A stretch of DNA of 64,000 bases from Paraphysomonas bandaiensis (lineage: Eukaryota > Protista > Chrysophyceae). Positions 11,687-21,011 of the stretch are shown here, piece after piece. Each line of letters begins with the position of its first letter. Positions within the stretch are counted from its first letter, which is position 1. The stretch lies in assembly GCA_965644295.1 (NCBI GenBank), contig CBFFRP010000389.1, positions 15,310 through 79,309 of the forward strand. The letters run 5' to 3'. Below the pieces are notes generated by a model, which worked only from the letters and a program-made list of their open reading frames with translations, was not told the DNA's origin and made no database searches. A program made the position numbers and the translations under genes.

Positions 11687-13647
11687 ATGTCATCTCCTAT
11701 TATTTCACCCTCCCTCACTGATTGGGAGAATACATTATGGGATCATATACGTGAACGTAATCATCAACAGACAGACCCATATAAAAATGTATATCTCGCA
11801 TATGCTAATATAGAAAAATCACATCGTATGATTGAACAAAAACATATTGAAATTAGACATCAAATAGGCATATTACAGTATGATACACAAGAGGCTATAC
11901 AGACAGGAGTGCCTAATATTGAATATATAAAAATGAAATTAGGCTTATTATCAGATGATTTGAGTCATAGAAGTAATAAGAACTTCGATTATATTAAGAT
12001 CAGATATGAACTAGAGAAGAAAGTACGTGAGAAAGATCATCTTATATCAGATCTTAAAAGTGAAGTCACAACAGCGAAATCTGAATTGTCTGCTAATCAA
12101 GAAAGGAATGCGGAATTACAAAGTAGTATTGAGAGTAAGGATGCAGTTATTGAAACACTCTCCGGTGAGTTGGAAAGTACTCGTGGCTTTTTGGAATCGG
12201 CAGAAAGTAGATTGAAACGCGTAGAGGCGGAGAATGTTCTGCTGTCACAGCGACTACTGGATGAAAAACACAAGAATGCAGAGGCAATGAACGAGATGAA
12301 TAGAATTATGCAACAGCAGCAGTCCTCCACGGGCAGTTTAATTGGAGGGGGGTTAAATCTGATGAAAAAGTTCGGTGCAACGAGTTTATTTGTGAAATCT
12401 AGTGGACACGAAGAAGGCGAGGGGGAGCATGATATTGAGGATGACTTCGTAGACATCAAGGGCAGTGAAGAGCCCGATTTGCCTGTTGTCGTGGATGTCG
12501 CTCCTCCTCGACGCCCTATGCATGTAACGCGATGTCATGGGACGGAAATAAATGACGTTGTATATGAAAGGCAGAAATTTATGACGGCAGGGTCGGACTC
12601 GACGGTTCGGGTATTTCCTCGGCGGGGGTCGGGGACGGAGGGTGATGGGACTCCTGACGGAGAGTTGGCAGATGCCTTACTCACCCTCACTGCTGGGGGG
12701 CCAGTAATATCACTACATCTCGCTGGAGAGTGGATTGCGGGTGGATGCAGCGACAGAATAGGGCGTATATGGAGCACGAGAACTGGAAGACTGCGACACA
12801 ACCTCTCCGGGCATGCGAATCGTGTATCCTCTGTTCGTTTAATAGGTGCATATACAGATACGTATTTCCTCTGCGTAAGTATTTGATGTGTGTATCAGGG
12901 TCTGGAGAAGAAAGAGCGGTAACGGGATCTGCTGATCGAACCATCAAGTTTTGGGACATCACTCGATCTCAAGCTAATGCTCTTTGTAGCATGAAGACCA
13001 ATTCTTGTGTGGACTCTGGTATTGATTACACACATAGGCCCACCATTTTGTGACGTTTTATCCTGTATGTAGTGGGTGTAAGCTCTGACTGCAGTACAGT
13101 GGCGTCAGGTCACCAGGATGGCGGCTTGCGTCTCTGGAACCTTCAGACACGTGATAAAATCCACTTTCTTCCAAAGCTCCACTCCAGCCATATTACGTGC
13201 GTACAGTTTGACCCGAAACGTTCGGCTCAAATCTTGACGGCGTCCCGCGACAATACACTCACCATTACCGATACTCGCACGTACGAACCATTAACGGTAA
13301 ATGTCGATGCTCATGTCATTCCTCTGTGACTAGCATGTATATATTAGGTACTGCGTGCCCCAGGATTTACCCTATCGAGTGATTGGTGTCAGGTAGGCAA
13401 GGAAACGCGCTTGCGAATTTAAACGCGTCCTAAGGGTACTACTGTCTGTGTACAGGTCACTTACTCTCCAGACTGCGCAATGGTAGTTGCAGGGGGTGCT
13501 GATGGTTCTCTATATTTGTGGAACACGTTATCGGGAGACTTCATAGGGTCGTACAGTGGTCACAAGGCGGGAATTACTTCAGTATTTTGGGGCGACACTG
13601 GTGTTATGTCATGTGATAAAGATGGAAATGTGATACAATGGGGGTGA
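11687..13647 (+). CDS. ATG16: Autophagy protein ATG16 (ATG5-binding helix, coiled coil, WD40 repeats)
   Basis: N-terminal WENTLWDHIRERNHQQTDPYKNVYLAY resembles the ATG16 ATG5-binding helix; long coiled coil ending ENVLLSQRLLDEKHKNAEAMNEMN; WD40s (VTGSADRTIKFWD, ASGHQDGGLRLWN, LTASRDNTL); 4 GT-AG introns; TGA at 13645-13647. Confidence 0.85.
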
Positions 13648-14164
13648 ATTAATGGTCCTGTTAGTTTTGTATATCCTTGAAGTTTCAGTAGTCTGGACAT
13701 TTATATTGTTCATAAGTAATGCGGACGTTCTTACAGCTCACATACAAGCACAATATCCACACTGTTACAAAACCCCTGGCACTCTCTATTTTGAGTGGAA
13801 TATAAAATATAGTACGATAGATGTATAGTGCCACATGTAGTATTTAGGATATTCTCCTGCCAATAATTAATGTAATAAATTAATGACTACTGGCTAAATG
13901 TAATCATTGTGCTCTTATGCGATTGAATTTTTACGTCTTATTATTGCAAACGAAGTAAGTATTAACACGGCAGTGAAAGTACGCTCTGAAAAGTCATAAA
14001 CAGCAAATGAAAGTAAGCACATGATGATCAAACACGGCTTCTACTTGCGCAATAATTTTCTTGCAAATTCACTATAGATATAGATCCTACCAATACTTCG
14101 ACCATTTGCTGTATGTGATCAGAATTGCGCAGTCAACAAGGTACAATCACCATTAATGGGGCAA

Positions 14165-15267
14165 TTACACCTTTGTATATCTCGCAATTATAAAAGAGAG
14201 AACGGCCACAATAACAACAATGAGGAAAGAAAACCCCTGCTGTACAACCACCTTCTCAACATTTTTAGACTCTTTCTTTGGTGTTTCGCCAGTTGCTCTC
14301 TTTCGTGCCTTCTCTCTGGAATACTCACGTCGCAACTCCTCGAGCTGAGTGAAGTGATAATCCCTCTCGGCTGTCAGGTGTACAGTATACTCCACAACAG
14401 CATCGTACTTTTTCCTGAGATTCTGCAACTCCGCATAAATACCATCTGGGCTCCCGGGAATATCTTCTATTGGTCTCGCTGGCGTGGCGGCGGTATCTAC
14501 CTGAGCCATTCTGCTCCTGATGTTCTCCACCCCCTCAGACACCGAACCCATGCCCGCCATATTTTCTGCCCCATCAGCATTCATATTATCATCAGGATAT
14601 ATAAACTCTACTTTCAACTTCTGATTCTTCTTTTCATCTTTACTCTTAGTTTCCCATATCTTCTGGTACTATACTTGCGGATTAACAACTACAAACTCAC
14701 ACAGTATTACTCACCTCTTCCGTCCTTTCATTTTGAGGTATTTTCACAATTTTATCGTACAATGTATCGCTAATTATTCTTGTTTGAACAAGAAAACGAT
14801 GCTTACTAAGAACGGTCTCTCTTTCGGTTTCAGTGAGGTCAAGAAATCGGCTACACAAATATCATCAACAACTAAATACAAAAACGATTATACATTATAC
14901 ATACTTGCACTCTGAATCAATCAAAGTGATTGTACTCTCTTCTGTTTGTCCAACATCGATAACATTTTGATTTGGACGAACATAATACCATGATGGTTGA
15001 GTAGTTTTGACTTTGAATACAATTTTACTATCAGTTTCATTCGTTATTCTTAATGTCTGTAATAAATATAATCATATATATAGATAACACTATCGTTAAT
15101 TATACATACCACTCTAGGACTACTATCTCGAACAAGAGGGAATGATAGTACCTCAGGAGGGTCTAATGAAACCTGTAATATAATCTATATAACAAGAGAG
15201 GGATTAGATTATATAGAAAGATTACCAGTGATTTCTGCGCATGTGAGGCAGGTGAGGCCGTTGACAT
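14165..15267 (-). CDS. VAP: VAMP-associated protein (MSP domain, coiled coil, C-terminal TM anchor)
   Basis: Spliced 5' exons give IVFKVKTTQPSWYYVRPNQ (MSP/VAP signature); tail anchor GFSFLIVVIVAVLSFIIARY. Confidence 0.85.
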
Positions 15268-15697
15268 ATTATCAGCCTTTAATAATCACAAAATAATGGG
15301 GTGTAATTAATCAATGAGTTAATTATAATGTTGTGATATATATATTACGTTAAATGCTATATAGAGTGATAGCATCGAGCTAATGTACGGTATGGTATAC
15401 TCTATATGCATGTTGCATGTGGAGATCATACCATACGGCATACTTTGCATACTATGCTGTGCATACTTTGCATGCTGGTGTACACACATATCCCCCCTTT
15501 GCTCTAACGATGTCATGTAGTGAAATGGATATACAGGATGGTATACTGCTGTATACGTATGATATCCAAAACACACCAAGTTTCTAGATTTCAACAACAT
15601 GACATTCGAACGTGTTGATATGATTGGTACACATTCCACCAGAACTATTCTCCCGAATACCGGAATACACAGTATAAGTACTGTATACATACCAACC

Positions 15698-16059
15698 TAC
15701 ATACATACATACATACATACATACAGTACATACATACATACATACATACATACATACATACATACATACATACATACATACATACATACACGCATCTTAT
15801 TTTTCGGAAATAAATTGAAGCAAATATACTCTATATTGCTGCAATAAAAATACGGCTGGAATACACATAATTATTGTCTCAATATTAGAGGCATCTTTGA
15901 ACAAAAATATACAAAGGATGCCGATACGCATACATACATACATACATACATACATACATACATACATACATACATACATACATACATACATACATACATA
16001 CATACATACATACATACATACATACATACATACATACATACATACATACATACATACAT
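15698..16059 (+). repeat. Two (TACA)n tracts (15698-15790 and 15929-16059) in the VAP/coronin divergent intergenic region
   Basis: Direct tandem repeats flanking a 138-bp dispersed element. Confidence 0.95.
15791..15928 (+). mobile_element. ~140-bp dispersed MITE-like repeat, copy 1
   Basis: TTTTCGGAAATAAATTGAAGCA...TCTCAATATTAGAGGCATCTTTGAACAAAAATATACAAAGGATGCCGATACG is shared with 25535-25680 (reverse) and 43925-44069. Confidence 0.85.
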
Positions 16060-16148
16060 CCACAGAATCATGTTGCAAACAGAACATTTGTCTCTGCCTC
16101 TCGTTTATTTGTATATCTCTCCAGTCAACTAGATCCATACATATTACA

Positions 16149-17556
16149 ATGTCCTCATTCGTTCGTGCTTCTAAGTTCAGACATGTCTTTTGTGAACCGG
16201 CTCGACCGGATGCAACCTATCAAAACATTCGTCTCTCTACTGTGACAGGAGAACAGAATTATATTAAAGCCAATCCCCTCTACTTCGCTGTGGGTCTACA
16301 GGTACATACACACATACATACACACACGTATACAAGTAGATACATACATGAATATAACGGTAATCATATAACGGGGTATTTAACAGGGAGGTGGTGGACC
16401 ATTCGCAGTAATGCCTCTATCTAATCCCTGTAGATTTGAGACGGATATGCCTATCGTGACCGGTCACTCAGCTGCTGTGTTGGATTTTGATTTCAATCCT
16501 TTTCATGATCAACTTGTTGCATCTGCATCAGAAGATCAGACTGTTAAAGTATGGGGTATTCCGGAAGGAGGTCTTACCTCCAATCTGGTGGATCCGTTGG
16601 TGGACTTGCATGGTCACTCACGTAAAGTGACCCTATTGCGGTTCCATCCTACAGCGAGCAATGTTCTTGCATCTACATCTTCTGATCAGACTGTAAAGCT
16701 CTGGGATATTGAGAAGGGTGCGGAGATGAATTCTCTGAATGATGCCCACCAACAGTTGATTCAAGACATCGTCTGGGATTATTGCGGTGAGACTTATGCC
16801 ACATCTTCTAAGGACAAAAACGTCCGTATTGTGGATCCCAGAAGCGCTACTGTAGTGAACACTATCGAGATGCCTCACGAGGGCGCCAAGAGTACTAAAC
16901 TTTCCTTTTTGGGCCGTTTGGATAAGCTTGTTACTGTTGGTTTTACCCGTCAGTCGCAGCGTCAGTTTAAGATCTGGGATCCTAGGAACACTTCCAAGGA
17001 GCTCAAGAGAGTGGATGTGGACCAGGCCGCTGGTGTGATTATGCCATTCTTTGATGAGGATACTCAGCTGCTTTATCTCGCTGGTAAGGGTGACGGTAAT
17101 GTGCGCTATTATGAGTTGGTGGACGAGAACCCCTACTGCTTTCCTATTGCAGAGCATCGCTCCTCTGTATCTGCGAAGGGTATGGCCTGGGTGCCCAAAC
17201 GAGGCCTCAATGTCATGGCCTGTGAAACGGCCCGTCTTCTAAAGCTGACCTCGAACTCTGTCGAACCCCTTAGCTTCCATGTGCCCAGGAAGTCTGAGGC
17301 CTTTCAGGATGATATCTACCCTGATACAGCATCTCCTGAGCCAGCCCATACCGCGGATGAATGGTTTTCCGGATCGAAGAAAGAGCCCAAGCTAATGTCC
17401 CTTAACCCCGCGCACTCCGGACAGACTATTGCAGCTCCCAAGGAATTTGTTGCTGTGAAAAGTCCTGCTGTACTGCAGGAAGAGTTGGCGGCTGCCCAGT
17501 CCAGAATCAAGGAACTCGAAGATCGACTTGCTGCCGCTGGACTGAGCACCGCGTAA
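16149..17556 (+). CDS. CORO1: Coronin (actin-binding WD40 protein), 2 exons
   Basis: MSSFVRASKFRHVF, GHSAAVLDFDFNPF, YLAGKGDGNVRYYE, VPRKSEAFQDDIYPDT, C-terminal coiled coil; intron 16302-16386. Confidence 0.95.
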
Positions 17557-17924
17557 TTTACCTTCCTCTTTTTCCCAGACTATATTGTGGTATTGTAATG
17601 TTTAACTATCTGTTGTTCTTTGTGGCCGTTGCCACTTTTGTGCAGTGAAATAACTCACGGACAGTTCGGGTAGTGTTTGGAGCTATACAGTTAAAACTCT
17701 TTCAAGTAACTGAAGAAGTATTCTTAAAATATTTTTTATTTCGTTTCATGCATGTTTGGTAGCTCTACTGTCGTAAACCGCCAAAAGATGACGTCATAGC
17801 TCCCACAAGCTACCATATATGAATTATCCCACAGTCATCATCCTAAACTCCAAACACTAAAGTAGTCATATCGATCATGTTAGAAATGAATATTGCGCTG
17901 AAGCTAACATTTATCTACACGTAG

Positions 17925-19191
17925 CAGGGCTGCGTATCAATTAATTGATTTTCAATTAATTGCAATTAATTGTCAATTATTGAAATTGCAATTGTTGAAA
18001 TTGGGACATCGATTCATAATTGCAATTATAATTGACTCCAGCTAGCTTCAATTAATTGTCAATTAATTGCAATTAATTGATATTAAAAAACCCACCTTTT
18101 TATGCTGAAAAGTTGTTAAAAAAGGCATTGTTAGTAAAAAATCCAATTTTTAGGATAAAAATCGAAGACTGGTGAAAGACTATAATATCCATAGGATTAT
18201 CTCACATAGTAATTCATTTAATTAATTAGCGATAGGAGCGACAAATTGGCACCAGAAGTCATTGCACGAGTGTTATTTGAGAAAGTAAATATTTGAGAAA
18301 GTAAATGAATGATGATAATAATAACGAAGAGGCTGCAATAGAGATTTGTCCTGCAGGAAAAGGGGCTCCACATTTTCCGTGATTGACCGCTACTTGCTTC
18401 TATCTAATCATATGCGATCTTTCGAGTTTGGTTCCGATGTGTTAAAAGTCTAATTGTAGGACTATCCACCTCTATATACAGAGTATATACATGTATATTA
18501 TGCCCTGTATTATAAAAATAAGTGTAGTACAATTACAGAAGTAAGGTTACACCAGCTTGACTTCCACGACGTTTGCACATTGATTGACGAACCCTTCATA
18601 ATGCACCCGATTGTTGAGCGTCATCTGGGCGACAGTGCTGCTATTATTTTTAACGCTGCTTTCGAAAAGGCAGTCGTGAAGATTCAATGTGGCAACGAAG
18701 CCGTAGCTCGGACGGCAAAGGATCAAACTAAAATATATTTGTTCGATGAGGAAGAAGAAGATTATGACGGTGCGAGTCTAGCTCCGAATGACGACGCAGC
18801 GCAACGTTTGTTTGATGGTAGCAGGCAGCGGAAGCGAGCAAGACTTAATAAGCAAACGCGTTACGGATGAAACACTTGCATAGCACAACCAATAAGGTTG
18901 AGAGGTTGCTCAGTAGAGCTACGATTGTTATGACGGGCTTGCTCAAGAGCTTGACTCCTCAACATTTAGTGCTAATTATGATTTTCGCATGAATCGTTGC
19001 CTCTGGAATGAAATGACAGTTGAGGTAGCTATATTCGCAGCTAGTGTATTTTAGTACTAAATAATTGCAATTAATTGTAATTAATTGCAGTTAATTGCAA
19101 TAGTTGAAATTGAGACAGCAAGTAATAATTGCAATTATAATTGACTACAACCTGCGTCAATTAATTGACAATTAATTGATACGCAGCCCTG
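17925..19191 (+). mobile_element. Non-autonomous hAT DNA transposon (internal-deletion derivative)
   Basis: TIRs CAGGGCTGCGTATCAATTAATTG / CAATTAATTGATACGCAGCCCTG; perfect 8-bp TSD ACACGTAG (17917-17924, 19192-19199); CAATTAATTG subterminal arrays; decayed transposase C-terminus (AAFEKAVVKIQ, STTNKVERLLSRA, RMNRCLWNEMTVE). Confidence 0.92.
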
Positions 19192-19204
19192 ACACGTAGT
19201 AGCA

Positions 19205-19436
19205 CTTGACTCTGATATCCTACAATTTAGCGCTACGAAAGCTGCTTGTGCGTCACCGCAAGCACCAAGGTGCAACACTTTCGCTCTCTATCCTTTAGGT
19301 GAAGTACTCCAGATGCTTGACTTCAGTAGACAGCCCAATACCCCGGATGCCGTTGAGGTGGGCCCATTCCCGGACGCATTTTTATTCGTCAAAGCCCAAA
19401 GGCGTCTACACGGGTGACACTTATATAAGTGTCCCT
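19205..19436 (-). repeat. Structured SINE-like repeat, copy 2 (longest, ~230 bp)
   Basis: Reverse complement aligns with 37961-38125 (GGACACT..AGTGTC, TTGACGAATA, TCCGG.AATGG.CCCACCTCAA.GGCATCCGGGGTATT, AGGATATCAGAG). Confidence 0.75.
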
Positions 19437-20439
19437 TGTACAGAATTTTTCTGGTTGAGCTATTAAAAGCTGTAGTTCTACCCGTGTTAATAATTTGTGT
19501 TATAAGACTATACACTAATAACTAATATATATGTCTAATAGTAGATAGAAACCAAGACGTAATAAAAGGAGTAATTGTGTTGATTTGCTCCAGTGATAAA
19601 AGTTTTGACAAGCATAGTTATACCGATGTCGGCTGGACTGGTGATGTTGTGTTACTCGACTGGCTATATTGTCTTTGCTGCTGGTGAACCACATACATGG
19701 TAATAAGTTGTACAAGTTACTGCGTCCATGTCTTCAATGCAGTGTAAGTATCAGGTCATGTCTGCTGGCATGCAGGAATCGGGTGGTGTTAGCCGAACTG
19801 GGACTTCGATTGTACGAACCCACTCCATTCTTCCTGGATAGCCAGAGAGCGCTGGGTACAGCCAGAGCGCTCGTGACAAGGCGTTGAAATTCGTAATGTA
19901 ATTAAACTCACGAGGATCAGAAATCAAGATCATAAATGTATTGTCTATATGGTGTGTGTCTAGCTGAAACGTTGGAGTAATACATCCACCGGGGTTTGTC
20001 CTATGAGATTTTTGTGGTTGCGTATCCGTCAGTTATGTCTCGTGGTTTGAAGATTCAATATACAGCTTTATTGAGTATTGAGAGGGTGTATTGAGTTTTA
20101 CTGTTTGAGCAATTGAAAGCTGTAATTCTAAGGTATTAATTATGACCGTTAGTCGAAGAATACAGTAGTGGTTAACAGTATTATGAGAGCTAACAACATG
20201 ATATAGCTACCGTAGTAATAAAACAGAATATAATATATATATATATTGATCACACGACGATGTAAGATGGTACGAGAAATGATTGGTCGTAGAGATAACA
20301 TGAAATTGATAAATGAGAAGAGATATTGATTATAATCTTTCTTGTGATTTAAAATCTTACTTTTAAATAAAACCAGAAGAAATGAGAAGTATATTAGTGA
20401 TCAACGAAACTAGTATTAACTCAATTTAATTGCAAAACA
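19437..20439 (+). mobile_element. Degenerate Ty1/copia LTR retrotransposon remnant (5' LTR fragment, RNase H relic, PPT, 3' LTR)
   Basis: Broken frames give YTDVGWTGD, TGYIVFAAG, SMSSMQCKYQVMSAGMQE and VLAELGLRLYEPTPFFLDSQ (copia RNase H motifs). PPT-like TGAGAGGGTG at 20079-20088 is followed by an LTR homologous to 46171-46498. Right boundary approximate. Confidence 0.75.
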
Positions 20440-21011
20440 TATATCGTATCATACAGCAGACCAGAACAGATCATATCCAATATAGTGATTAGTATCGTGA
20501 TACTTAATTCTCGATTCGCTTACCTCTGTATTGGAATATAAACATATAAACAACTAAAGCAAAAAGAGAAGAAAAGAAAGACGTAAAATATAATATCAAA
20601 AGAAAATATATTGTGCAGAGGAAATTAAATGAGGGTGTGAAGAATCCTCATACTATCAGGATAACATTTTTATCTCAGCGCATTCTATCTGTATACAATT
20701 AAAATTTTGATCTCTTGCAAACACGTAAGTCTAACTTTAGAATACTTATTAAAAGAAAAGCAAGAGTATGTATTCCGCAGTCACAGGGAGGAGTATAACT
20801 CGTAGTATTTCAGCTATATATTATGACAAAACAATTATGTACTAACAAAAAACTTAATTTTTGACAGTTTGGATCAATAAAGAAGCCGACTACTATACTA
20901 TCTATTGTGGTATCATACAAGCAGCTATGAATGTATTAGTGAGTTCCAAGCGTTTTCTACCTTGCAGAATGAAATGTCCAGGCAATTTCACATGCTTTAT
21001 CACCTCTTAGA

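Noticed and set aside
19210-19245. Hammerhead ribozyme core (CTGAT...GAAA) or tRNA-iMet primer-binding site in the structured repeat
   Set aside because: Sequence is CTGATAT/CTGATAC rather than CUGANGA, stems do not form, and the PBS-like match is imperfect with no adjacent LTR CA end
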